From positions 6,796 through 70,795 of the forward strand of contig JBOGXY010000204.1 in NCBI GenBank assembly GCA_050696495.1: a DNA stretch of 64,000 nucleotides. Direction: 5' to 3'. Below are positions 51,054 to 60,608 of the stretch, piece by piece; within the stretch, counting starts at the first letter, position 1, and every line of letters begins with the position of its first letter. The notes below the pieces were generated by a model. It did not search any database and had not been told where the DNA came from. It saw nothing but the letters and a program-made list of their open reading frames with translations. A program made the position numbers and the translations under genes. The DNA is from Solirubrobacteraceae bacterium. GTDB taxonomy: Bacteria > Actinomycetota > Thermoleophilia > Solirubrobacterales > Solirubrobacteraceae.

Positions 51054-52910
51054 GTGCTTTTGCGCAGAGGACTGATACTGCTCGGGCTGGCGATGGCGCT
51101 GGTCACGGCCGTGACGCTGACGCTCGGCGTCAAACGGATCGCGGCCGAGAACACGGCGTTCGTAAGCAAGGCCGGGCGCCAATGCGTGCCGAGCCACACC
51201 AACCGCTCGGACCTCTTGCCCGGCACGGGCGTGCAGGTCAACCCGCTGCCCGATTCGCTTGACTCCCCCAACACGACGCAGATCAGCTTCCTGGGCGCAC
51301 CCGCGAGCGCGATCTCGCACATCTCGGTGAACGGCTCCTACAGCCACGGCCACGCCGGCCGCCTGGCGGCCTACTCGCAGGGAGACGGCGCCAGCTTCCT
51401 GCCCTCAAAGCCCTTCCACCCCGGCGAGAGCGTCGTCGTGCGCGGCCGCATTCAGCGCGGCTCGCACAGCGTCCCGTTCGCGTTCAGCTTCGTAGTGGCG
51501 GTACGCGTGCCGATCACCGGCTCGGGCTCGCTCGCCACGGTCGCCGCGTCCAAGCCCAACGAAACGCTTCACTTCCACACCCAGCCGGCGCTGCACCCGC
51601 CGTCGATCGACATCGCGACCTCCGGCGCCGGACAGGAAGGCGGCGACATCTTCGTCGCCCCCTACTCCGGCCCGAGCCCGCCCGGCCCGATGATCTTCGA
51701 CAGCGCCGGCAACCTCGTCTGGTTCGATCAGCTGAAAGGCGCCGAGGCGACCAACCTGAAGGTCCAGAGTTACGAAGGCCGGCCGGTGCTGACCTGGTGG
51801 CAGGGACGGATCCCGCCGCAGGGCTTCGGTCAGGGCGAAGAGTTCGTCGCGAACTCCTCCTACCAGACGATCCTGCGCGTGGCCGGCGGCAACGGGATGC
51901 CCGCCGACCTGCACGAGTTCCGCATCGACGACGCCGACGACACGGCGCTGCTGACGGTCTTCGACCCGATCTACTGCAACCTCTCGAGCGTCGGCGGCCC
52001 GGCCGACGGCGCGGTGACCGACAGCCTCTTCCAGGAAATCGACCTGAGGACGCACCTGGTGCGGCGCGAGTGGCACCCGGTCGATCACGTGCCGCTCTCA
52101 CATTCGGTCGAGCCGGCCAACGGCGTGACGATCCAGTGGCCCTACGATTTCTTTCACCTCAACTCGATCTGGCAGCGCCCCGGCGGCTCGTTCCTGCTCT
52201 CCTCGCGCGATACCTCGGCGATGTACCTGATCGACGGCCACTCCGGCCAGGTGGTCGAGCAGATAGGCGGCCCGCACGGCAACACCAAGCTGGGCCCCGG
52301 CGCCGCGACCGCCTTCCAGCACGACGCCGAGGAACTGCCCAATGGCCAGATCACCGTCTTCGACAACGGTGGCGTGCCGATGGTGCACCCGCAGTCGCGC
52401 GCGCTGGTGCTCTCGCTGAACGCCAAGACGCGCACGGAGACCCTGGTCAGCCAGTACGAGCACTCCACCCCGCTGAAGGCGGGCAGCCAGGGCAACGTGC
52501 AGATCCTGCCGAACGGCAACGTCCTGGTCGGCTGGGGTCCGGAGCCCTACACCTCCGAATACACCCCCTCGGGCGCGCTCGTGTGGGACGCGCTGCTGGC
52601 CGGCAAAACCAACTCTTACCGCGCCTACCGCTTCGGCTGGACCGGCACACCGACGGGCTCGCCCTCCGTGGCGGCGGCGTCGTCGGGCAGCAGCACAACC
52701 GTCTACGCCAGCTGGAACGGCGCCACCACGATCGCCTCCTGGCGGGTGCTAGGCGGCGCCTCGCCCGCTGCGCTCTCGGCGGTGGGCGGGGGCGCCTTCA
52801 CGGGCTTTGAGAGCGCGATCGCGATCGCCGGTCAGCCGGCGTACGTGGCGGTGCAGGCGCTCGACGCGAGCGGCAACGTGCTCGGGACCTCGGCGGCCGT
52901 CAGCGGCTGA
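51054..52910 (+). CDS. Secreted arylsulfotransferase (ASST-like) protein
   Basis: Signal/TM; DLHEF, DFFHLNSI, FQHDA, VFDNG, SQGNVQ.LPNGN, SYRAYR, VYASWNGAT. Confidence 0.85.
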   Translation: MLLRRGLILLGLAMALVTAVTLTLGVKRIAAENTAFVSKAGRQCVPSHTNRSDLLPGTGVQVNPLPDSLDSPNTTQISFLGAPASAISHISVNGSYSHGHAGRLAAYSQGDGASFLPSKPFHPGESVVVRGRIQRGSHSVPFAFSFVVAVRVPITGSGSLATVAASKPNETLHFHTQPALHPPSIDIATSGAGQEGGDIFVAPYSGPSPPGPMIFDSAGNLVWFDQLKGAEATNLKVQSYEGRPVLTWWQGRIPPQGFGQGEEFVANSSYQTILRVAGGNGMPADLHEFRIDDADDTALLTVFDPIYCNLSSVGGPADGAVTDSLFQEIDLRTHLVRREWHPVDHVPLSHSVEPANGVTIQWPYDFFHLNSIWQRPGGSFLLSSRDTSAMYLIDGHSGQVVEQIGGPHGNTKLGPGAATAFQHDAEELPNGQITVFDNGGVPMVHPQSRALVLSLNAKTRTETLVSQYEHSTPLKAGSQGNVQILPNGNVLVGWGPEPYTSEYTPSGALVWDALLAGKTNSYRAYRFGWTGTPTGSPSVAAASSGSSTTVYASWNGATTIASWRVLGGASPAALSAVGGGAFTGFESAIAIAGQPAYVAVQALDASGNVLGTSAAVSG

Positions 52911-52941
52911 GCGGGACGCGGCGCGGGAGCGCGCGGCATAT

Positions 52942-53604
52942 TCAGCGGTTCGCGTGCAAGACGGCCCGCTGGACGTAGGGCCCGAGCAGATTCGCCGCCA
53001 GCTCGGCGGTGTCGTGCGGAGAGTCGCGCCGGGGCATCGTCACGTAACTGAGCGCCAGGCGCACGAACGTGTCGCCCAACAGCTCCGCATCGGCATCCTC
53101 GATCGCCGGCCAGCCCTCGCGCATGGCGGCGCACAGTCGCGCGGAGGCCCAGTCCAGTACGGGCCGCGAGCGGGTCGTCACCAACGGCAGCATGCCGCCG
53201 GTGCCGTCGTCTGAGAGCAGCAGACCGATCAGCGGGTCCTCGGCGGCGGCGGCCAGAAACGCCTCCATCGCCGCCGAGACCGCACGCACGGGATCGTCCA
53301 GGTGCGCGTGGATCGCCCGCTCGACATCGGCCAGGAAGCGCGCCCCCTCGCGGATCACGAACTGCTGGGCGAAGTCCTCGCGCGAGCCGAACTGGGCGTA
53401 GAGGGTCTGGCGACTGACCCCCGCGGCCCGCGCGATCTCCGCCATCGTGATCTGTGCCCACGGCCGGTCCTCCAGCAGCCGGCGGGCGGCGTCGAACAGC
53501 GAGTCGCGCAGCAGCTCGCGCGCCGCCTCGCGGTAGGGCGTCGCCGTGGCGGCGCCCGCCGGCGAGCCTTGCCGCTCGGCCGTTGCGGAGGCCGCCACGT
53601 TCAC
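52942..53604 (-). CDS. TetR-family regulator of alkB (AlkX/AlkU-like)
   Basis: YREAARELLRDSLFDAA..ITMAEIARAAGVSRQTLY..FGSR; GTGA overlap with alkB. Confidence 0.88.
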   Translation of the reverse strand: MNVAASATAERQGSPAGAATATPYREAARELLRDSLFDAARRLLEDRPWAQITMAEIARAAGVSRQTLYAQFGSREDFAQQFVIREGARFLADVERAIHAHLDDPVRAVSAAMEAFLAAAAEDPLIGLLLSDDGTGGMLPLVTTRSRPVLDWASARLCAAMREGWPAIEDADAELLGDTFVRLALSYVTMPRRDSPHDTAELAANLLGPYVQRAVLHANR

Positions 53605-54800
53605 GAGTTCGTCGCCGGCGCGCCGTAGCGCGCGAGCACCCGCCCTCGGGTGCGCGGGTGGATGTTCATCTTCGACAGGTCGCCGTCGTAGTGCTCCATC
53701 AACTTGCGGTCCATCACCCTGCGCCACAGCGGGGGTATCGCGGCAAGCACGATCATCCCCGCGTAGCCGGTCGGCAGCTGCGGCGCCTCGCCGAAATGAC
53801 GCAGCGCCTGATAGCGGCGCAGCGGGTTGGCGTGATGGTCGGAGTGGCGCTGCAGGTGGTAGAGCAGCACGTTCGATGCGACGTTGTTGGAGTTCCACGA
53901 ATGCTCGGGCCGACAGCGCTCGTAGCGCCCGTCCTCGCGCTTGGCGCGCAGCAGCCCGTAGTGCTCGAGGTAGTTGACGACCTCCAGCATGCAAAAGCCC
54001 ACGACAGCCTGCAGGATCAGGTAGGGCAGTACGACCAGGCCGAAGGCGATCGTCAGTCCCGCGAACAGGATCAGCGTCATCAGCCATGCGCCCAGGATGT
54101 CGTTACGAGCGCTCCAGAAACCGTGCCCGTCGCGCTGCAGGTGCTCGCGTTCTATCTCAAGTGCCGAGCGCAGCGAGCCGGCGACGGTGCGCGGCAGGAA
54201 CTCGTAGAAGCTCTCGCCCAGCCGCGCCGAGGCGGGATCCTCGGGCGTGGCGACGCGCACGTGGTGGCCGCGATTGTGCTCGACGAAGAAGTGCCCGTAG
54301 CCGCTCTGCGCGAGCGCGACCTTGGAGAGCCAGCGCTCTGAGGAGGCGCGCTTGTGCCCGAGCTCGTGCGCCGTGTTGATGGCGATCCCCGCCACCATCG
54401 CGGTGGTCAGCGCCAGCCCAATCGATTCGGGGGTGGACAGGTTGCCGTGTGACCACATCCAGCAGGCGAAGATCAGTCCCGCGTACTGCAGCGGCAGGAA
54501 CAGGTAGGTGCACCAGCGGTAGTAACGGTCCTGCTCGAGCCACTTGATCACGCTCTCGGGTGGATTCTCGGCATCGGTGCCGCGCAGCAGGTCCAGCAGC
54601 GGAAAGACGCCGAAGATCAGCACCGGCCCGTAGAACCAGAAGATCCCGAGCCCGCTCGCTTCCACCAGCCCCCAGGAGATGAACGGCAGCAGCGGCACGA
54701 CCAGCCCCAGCAGCCAGGCGTAGCGCTTGCGATCGCGCCAGGCGCGAGCCTGCGGCGCCTGCAGCGTCTCCGAGGTTGTTTGCTGCTCGATTGCGCTCAT
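53601..54800 (-). CDS. alkB: Alkane 1-monooxygenase
   Basis: HELGHK, EHNRGHH, NYLEHYGL, LQRHSDHHA. Confidence 0.96.
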   Translation of the reverse strand: MSAIEQQTTSETLQAPQARAWRDRKRYAWLLGLVVPLLPFISWGLVEASGLGIFWFYGPVLIFGVFPLLDLLRGTDAENPPESVIKWLEQDRYYRWCTYLFLPLQYAGLIFACWMWSHGNLSTPESIGLALTTAMVAGIAINTAHELGHKRASSERWLSKVALAQSGYGHFFVEHNRGHHVRVATPEDPASARLGESFYEFLPRTVAGSLRSALEIEREHLQRDGHGFWSARNDILGAWLMTLILFAGLTIAFGLVVLPYLILQAVVGFCMLEVVNYLEHYGLLRAKREDGRYERCRPEHSWNSNNVASNVLLYHLQRHSDHHANPLRRYQALRHFGEAPQLPTGYAGMIVLAAIPPLWRRVMDRKLMEHYDGDLSKMNIHPRTRGRVLARYGAPATNS

Positions 54801-54826
54801 CCGCTGCTCTTACCTCCACTCGACTC

Positions 54827-54860
54827 GACCGTACTTGACAAGTGTACGGTCTTTGTCAAG
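54827..54860. promoter_or_regulatory. Putative TetR operator upstream of alkB
   Basis: CTTGACAA-N11-TTGTCAAG (54834-54860), interleaved with GACCGTAC-N9-GTACGGTC (54827-54851). Confidence 0.75.
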
Positions 54861-54870
54861 CAGAGTTACG

Positions 54871-57765
54871 TTAGCGCTTTGTATGTCGGGTGGAGACGCG
54901 ACAGCCTAAGACGGCGATTCGCGCGGTGTGGTGAACGACCAGACCGTTTTGCGCGCCCAGTTCGATCGGCAGCGACAGCGCCGAGGAGCACGGGTTGGCG
55001 GTCGCGGTCAGGGCCGAGTGCGGCCCGCGCGGCAGGTACAGCTCGACGCTTTTCAGCGGCATGTCCGGCAGCGCGGAGAAGGCGATCGCGGTCCTGCCGC
55101 CGCGCTCGAGCGTGGTGGAGCCGGTCAGGTCCAGGCGCAGCCCCTGAGCGCTCTGCAGCACGACGGTCGGAGCCGGGAAGGAGCCGCGCCCGTGGGCGAC
55201 CATGTAGACCGGGCCGGACAGCTGACCGGAGAGCAGTGGCGTGCTCGCGCGCGCCACGCCGATCACCGACGCCGCCGGACAGGCGGCAGCGTCGGCGGCG
55301 AACTTTGCGGCCGGACAGGAGGCCTGCAGCGCGGTCAGCCGTGTCGGCAGCGTGCGCGGCAGCGCGATTCGCAGCTTGGCCAGGTTAGCCTGTCCGGAGC
55401 CGGGGCCGGCAGCCTGGGTTATGCGTACGTCGAGGCTTGCGCCGGCGCCGATACTGGTGCCCGCGCTGGTGGAGGCCGCGAGTTTGGGCGCGAATCGCAG
55501 CGCTCTGCAGTCGGCCAACCCGAACGGGTTGACCGGCATGGCAAGGGCGCTTTCGGTACTGGCGATTCTCGCAAGCACCTGCTGCTCGCGACAGTCGGTG
55601 GGGTTGAGGATGAAGCCCGGCCGGTCGATGTCCAGCCTCAGATCGCGCAGGCGCAGGGGAATGCCGAGCACCATTTGCGCCAGCGGGTCGCTGGTGATCG
55701 TGAGCGCGCCGCTGTGCGGGTCGACATCCAGGCGAGCCCGGATCACGATCTGCCCGAGGTCGAGCGGCCCGGCGGCCGCGTGGGTAACGATCGCAAGGCC
55801 AAAGGGCGCGCCCTCATAGCCGCTCGTCAGATAGACATCGCCGCCCAGCCACAGCGGCTGGTAGCCGCCGCCGAGGGCTACGTAGGAGGAGCCGATGCGC
55901 GACGTGCCCGGACAGGCGCCGGCGCTCCCCGCCGCCGAAGAGCACGGCACGACGCTTGCGAGCATCGCCGCTATCCCGTTTGGCGCGCGCAATTGCAACT
56001 GGGCGATCTCCTGTTCGCGCTGAGCGCGTTCGATGGCGACGGTGAATGCGGTGAAGCCTCCAGCCTCGATGCTGACGCTTCCCGCCATCAAGCTAGGAGC
56101 AAAGGGAGCCGGGTTAGAACAGCCGCTCGCCCGGTAGGGAGATGAGACGGCCAGGTCCGGGGAGAACGGCGCGCTCCACGGTTCGAGCTCGGCACTGGCC
56201 GGCGCCGATACGCAAGAGCTCGGATTGTCGAGCAGAGCAGCGGAGCCGCCGAACAGTTTGATGCTCAGACGGCTGAGCGGCAGCTGCGGGGCGCCGGGGA
56301 GATCGAGCGTCAACTGGCCTGTGGCGGGACTTACACGCAGGCGCCCTTCCAGCTTGAGGATCACGCCTTGGCCGTGTTCGTGTTCTTCCGCGCGTCCTCC
56401 CAGTTCGGCGTAGACGCGAAGAAGGTTGCCGTTGGCGGCATCGGCTTCGCTACAGGCCTGCATGCCGGCGCCGCCGCAGCCGGGCGCCGCCAGGTAGACG
56501 CGTCCCTGCAGCGGTCGGGCGAGCAGCGGGCTAAGCGCTTCGGCGGTGCCGATCGTCGAGGACGGCGGACAGTGACCGGGCGCCAGTACCGGTTCGCCAC
56601 CGGGCCCCGACTGTTCGCCTTCGCCGATCTGAGCGGGCGTCAGCGGCCGGCCGGAGGCGCTCAGGCCGGTGGGAATGCCGAACCCTTCCGGTCCGCCGGA
56701 GGCACAGGCGCGCGCGCCGGCGGCGGCAGACGGGTCGATCGTCAGCCCGGCCGGCAGGGTGACGCTTGCCCCGTGGAGCTCTGCCGCGGCTATGCCCGTC
56801 GGGGCGAGCGACTGCTCGAGCCCGATTTCGACATCGAGCGCAACCGGCGCCTGGGCCTGCCAACTGTCCGGCCGCAGCGCGACTTCCGCGCCGAAGGGCA
56901 GCCGATCGCAGCCGCTCACCCGCGGCAAGGTGGCGCTCGCCTGCGTATAGCTCCCAGGTTCCTCCCAAGAGTCCACCCAGGCCGTCAGCTTCGGAGCGAC
57001 GCTGGAGCATTCGCTCGGCAGCGTCAAGAACGGCGCCTGTTCGATCCCGCTCGGGGCTCCGCCGGAGCCCGAACAACTCCAAGGCGAGCTCGCTTCGCCG
57101 CGCAGGCAAATCAGACCACGCTCGGCGTCGTGCGCCGATGCGGCCGGCACCCCCCACAGCGTTGTCTGCATTTCGACAATTCCAAGCGAAGGCAGCCCGC
57201 GTGCGACGATCGCAAGGCCGTATCCCTGGGGCCCATGCTCCAGTTGCCCGCTGAGCAGAAACCGGCCAAGCGGGGTTTCCAGGCCAAGCCTCGCTGCTTC
57301 GCCCGGACCAGGGGTGAGATTGACAAGCGGGCCCAGCAAGGTGAGCGCACTGCCGTTGAAATGTGCGCGCAAAACGAACACGCCCACCTGCGTGGCGCTC
57401 GGACAGGCCGTCCCTTCAGATGTAGTGCAGGCCGGCACGGCCCGCGGATTGGCGATCAGCCCCGGCGGCAGGTCGATGAGGACATCCTTTGGATCGTCTG
57501 GCGGCTTCCCAGCTTCACCCGCGAATTCAACGTCACTGGTCAGCGCGAACGGATGGCCGCCGGCTTGGTTGAAGTCATACGGTTCGTTTTCGTATTCAGG
57601 CGGCTGCCCGCCCTGCGTCGTCTGAGCTTCGAAGCGACCGAAGCCCAGCGTGCCGGCCTGAGCGCTAGAGGCCGCCGGGCCGACCTCGGCGAGAACGACG
57701 GCGAGCACGGCGAAGGCCAGCGCCACGCCGAGTGCCTTGGCGCCTCTAGCGCGGACAGCCGACAT
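54871..57765 (-). CDS. Large secreted protein with four Cys-paired beta-rich repeats
   Basis: Signal peptide; LPxG...C...CPxxxxIG units x4. Confidence 0.8.
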   Translation of the reverse strand: MSAVRARGAKALGVALAFAVLAVVLAEVGPAASSAQAGTLGFGRFEAQTTQGGQPPEYENEPYDFNQAGGHPFALTSDVEFAGEAGKPPDDPKDVLIDLPPGLIANPRAVPACTTSEGTACPSATQVGVFVLRAHFNGSALTLLGPLVNLTPGPGEAARLGLETPLGRFLLSGQLEHGPQGYGLAIVARGLPSLGIVEMQTTLWGVPAASAHDAERGLICLRGEASSPWSCSGSGGAPSGIEQAPFLTLPSECSSVAPKLTAWVDSWEEPGSYTQASATLPRVSGCDRLPFGAEVALRPDSWQAQAPVALDVEIGLEQSLAPTGIAAAELHGASVTLPAGLTIDPSAAAGARACASGGPEGFGIPTGLSASGRPLTPAQIGEGEQSGPGGEPVLAPGHCPPSSTIGTAEALSPLLARPLQGRVYLAAPGCGGAGMQACSEADAANGNLLRVYAELGGRAEEHEHGQGVILKLEGRLRVSPATGQLTLDLPGAPQLPLSRLSIKLFGGSAALLDNPSSCVSAPASAELEPWSAPFSPDLAVSSPYRASGCSNPAPFAPSLMAGSVSIEAGGFTAFTVAIERAQREQEIAQLQLRAPNGIAAMLASVVPCSSAAGSAGACPGTSRIGSSYVALGGGYQPLWLGGDVYLTSGYEGAPFGLAIVTHAAAGPLDLGQIVIRARLDVDPHSGALTITSDPLAQMVLGIPLRLRDLRLDIDRPGFILNPTDCREQQVLARIASTESALAMPVNPFGLADCRALRFAPKLAASTSAGTSIGAGASLDVRITQAAGPGSGQANLAKLRIALPRTLPTRLTALQASCPAAKFAADAAACPAASVIGVARASTPLLSGQLSGPVYMVAHGRGSFPAPTVVLQSAQGLRLDLTGSTTLERGGRTAIAFSALPDMPLKSVELYLPRGPHSALTATANPCSSALSLPIELGAQNGLVVHHTARIAVLGCRVSTRHTKR

Positions 57766-58579
57766 GGAACGTCGCGGTCGCCGTGGTGCCGTCTATGAAG
57801 CTGAGCAGCGCGCCGAAGGGATACCCCCGCGCCGGGCACTGACTTGGGATCCTGATCCCGCGCGGCCTGTACGGCACGCTCTTGGAGCCAACGCGGCGGT
57901 GATAGGTGAGGTGCTCGGGTCCGATCGTCGCGAGGATGCTCTGAAGGGCCAGATCCGGCCCTTCCGGCCAAACTTCGACCAACGGCACAGAGGTCTGCAG
58001 CCGTTCGCCGAAAGGAGCAGCGTCTTCTTCGAGCACCCCCGGCAGCACCAGCTGGGCGAACACGGGCGTGCTTGCCTGCGCATAGAAGAGGACTTCCACC
58101 TCATTTTCATGCGCCGGCCCCATCAGCGGATGCAGCGCCGCGTGCTCGATCACCGTGCGCGAACCCACGGGCACGACCGCTGTGGCGCTGCCAAAGCCAA
58201 GCAGCGCATTTGCTGAGCAGCCATTCAGCCCAGCGGCGATCAGGCTGGCCGGCGCGCAGTTCTCCTGTCCGAGCGTCGTCGTGGCGATTCCCATCCCGGC
58301 GGGCAGCCGCAACGCCATCGAGCGAAGCGGCGCGGGCGCGCCACCGGAGGCGCCACGAATGTTCAGCGACAACTCGATCGTGGTGCGGGCGCCGGCCAGA
58401 TCGGGAATGAACGCTACGTGCAGCTTTGCGCTCGGTGATGCCTCAGCAGCGAGTGTCGGCGCAGGCGTTGAGGCCGAGGCCGGCGCGGACGCCGAGGCCG
58501 ACGCCGGCGATGCCGAAGCGGGGCCGGCCAGAGCGCACACGCACATGGCCAGCCCGCCCGACGCCCGTACGCGGCTCAT
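57746..58579 (-). CDS. Secreted protein with one copy of the same Cys-paired repeat
   Basis: Signal peptide, Ala/Ser/Pro linker, LRLPAGM..C..GCSANALLG. Confidence 0.7.
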   Translation of the reverse strand: MSRVRASGGLAMCVCALAGPASASPASASASAPASASTPAPTLAAEASPSAKLHVAFIPDLAGARTTIELSLNIRGASGGAPAPLRSMALRLPAGMGIATTTLGQENCAPASLIAAGLNGCSANALLGFGSATAVVPVGSRTVIEHAALHPLMGPAHENEVEVLFYAQASTPVFAQLVLPGVLEEDAAPFGERLQTSVPLVEVWPEGPDLALQSILATIGPEHLTYHRRVGSKSVPYRPRGIRIPSQCPARGYPFGALLSFIDGTTATATFHVGCPR

Positions 58580-58601
58580 CTAATGGCCCAACACAGGTGC
58601 A

Positions 58602-59108
58602 CTACACGCCGGTCGCTTCACCGGCTGCTTTCACTTCGACTTCGAAGTTTTCACGGTTGATCACGCCGCTGACGCCAAGCGGTTTATGGCCGACCTCGGC
58701 GATATGGCTGTACCTACCGGTCCCGTGGCCAAGGTTCAGCGTGCCACCGAAGTAGCCGAGATTTTTGACGATCCTGTAGCTCGCGTTGGCGCTGCCCGTG
58801 ATCGTGCCGCCATGCGGATAGATGGTCACGGTTGCGCTCACTGATTTGGAGTGGATCGTCAGGTCCACGATCATCGTCGCGGTATAGGTGCCGTAGGCGG
58901 TACCTCGCTCGATCAGCGTCGCGCCCCGTTCTGAGATGAACTTCAATCGGCCGTGCTCCTGAATGTGGATTGTCCTGGCCGCATGTGCAGCCGGGAGGCC
59001 GGTACTGCCTGATGCGGATGTGCCAAGTGTGACAACGGCCACCGCAAGCGCCAGCCCGTAGGCTGGGATCGTCCTGCGGACCAGAATTGGCCTGCCCAAT
59101 GCCCTCAT
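58602..59108 (-). CDS. Small secreted beta-rich hypothetical protein
   Basis: AAGGAGGAGG RBS before ATG 59108; signal peptide ending AHA; GTGRYSH motif. Confidence 0.72.
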   Translation of the reverse strand: MRALGRPILVRRTIPAYGLALAVAVVTLGTSASGSTGLPAAHAARTIHIQEHGRLKFISERGATLIERGTAYGTYTATMIVDLTIHSKSVSATVTIYPHGGTITGSANASYRIVKNLGYFGGTLNLGHGTGRYSHIAEVGHKPLGVSGVINRENFEVEVKAAGEATGV

Positions 59109-59568
59109 AGGTCCTCCTCCTTGGATTGCGAGCCTACAGATGGATCGGTCGCAGCAGGGGCACTTTTGCCCCAACTGTTTCTCACTTCCTATCGATGCCC
59201 ATCGAGACCGACACCTTCGCCTGGCTCCATACTGATTGATGCGATAATGCTACAGGCTTGGGCCGTCTCGTTCACGAGAAGTATACATTCCAAAGGCATC
59301 CTAAATCCCAATGAGCGGGCTTCAGCCCTGTTCGCACGGAGTCATTTCCGCTCATAGCGGACACAATGCGGATTGTGCATAAGGGAACGACGTCCTACTT
59401 CACTGGCAAGGCTGGTGCAGACCGACGCAAATATGTATGGTCACACTTGCGTGATCTCACCCCCCGAGGGCACGCACGGGTCGTCGGATGTCTGCGAGTG
59501 ACCCCCTCTCCACTCTCAGGCATCCGGTGACCCACTTTCTTGGTCCCCGCGCTTTTGGGAAGCGTCTC

Positions 59569-60582
59569 TCAGGTGACCTTCAGCACCAGCTTGCCGACGT
59601 TCTCGCCGGCAAATAGGCGCGCCAGGGCCTCAGGGAAATTATCGAAGCCCTCGACCACGTCCTCGCGAGCGATCAACTTGCCCTCGGCAAGCCAACCGGC
59701 CATCTCTCGCTGAGCCTCGGCAAAGCGACCCAAGTAGTCCAGTACGACGAAGCCCTGCATGCGCGCGCGGTTGACCAGCAGCGACATGTAGTTGGAGGGG
59801 CCGCGCATCGAGTCGAGGTTGTTGTACTGAGAGATCGCCCCGCAGATCGCCACGCGCGCCCCACGCGCCAGGCGCGCCAGCGCCGCGTCGAGGATCTCAC
59901 CGCCGACGTTGTCGAAGTAGACGTCGATGCCCTCCGGGCAGTGCTCACGCAATGCGCCGGAGACATCGGCGCTCTTGTAGTCGATGCAGGCATCGAAGCC
60001 GAGCTCGCCCGCCACCCACTCGCACTTCTCGGGCCCGCCGGCGATGCCGATCACGCGGCAGCCCTTGATCCGGGCTATCTGCCCTACGACGCTGCCAACC
60101 GCGCCCGCCGCGCCGGAGACGACCACCGTCTCGCCCTCTTTCGGTTCGGCAACGTCGAGCAGGCCAAAGTAGGCGGTCATCCCCGGCATCCCGAGCGCCC
60201 CCAGATAAGTGGTCAGCGGCGCCGCGGCCGGATCGACGGCAAACACCGCGCTCTCGGGGCAAACGGCGTACTCCTGCACACCCAGCCAACCTGTCACGTG
60301 CTCGCCAGGGGAGAACCGCTCTCCGCCAGAGGCGATCACTTCACCGAGCGTCCCGGCCCTCATCACTTCGCCGATCTGCACGGGCGGGATGTAGGAGCGC
60401 CCCTCGGCCATCCAACCGCGCATGGCGGGATCCAGCGAGATGTACAGAGTCTTGACCAGCACCTCGCCGTCGGCGGGCTCGGCGACAGGCTCGCTCACGA
60501 GATCGAAGTTCTCGCGCGTGACCGCGCCCTGAGGGCGGGAGGCGAGGCGGAACTGACGGTTGACCAAGGGCTCTGCGCTCAC
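59569..60582 (-). CDS. NADP-dependent oxidoreductase (PTGR/CurA-like MDR)
   Basis: SLDPAMRGWM, GMPGMTAYFG, SGAAGAVGS, YFDNVGG, CGAISQYN. Confidence 0.93.
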   Translation of the reverse strand: MSAEPLVNRQFRLASRPQGAVTRENFDLVSEPVAEPADGEVLVKTLYISLDPAMRGWMAEGRSYIPPVQIGEVMRAGTLGEVIASGGERFSPGEHVTGWLGVQEYAVCPESAVFAVDPAAAPLTTYLGALGMPGMTAYFGLLDVAEPKEGETVVVSGAAGAVGSVVGQIARIKGCRVIGIAGGPEKCEWVAGELGFDACIDYKSADVSGALREHCPEGIDVYFDNVGGEILDAALARLARGARVAICGAISQYNNLDSMRGPSNYMSLLVNRARMQGFVVLDYLGRFAEAQREMAGWLAEGKLIAREDVVEGFDNFPEALARLFAGENVGKLVLKVT

Positions 60583-60608
60583 TGGGGCTGTACTCTACGC
60601 ACCCGGCG

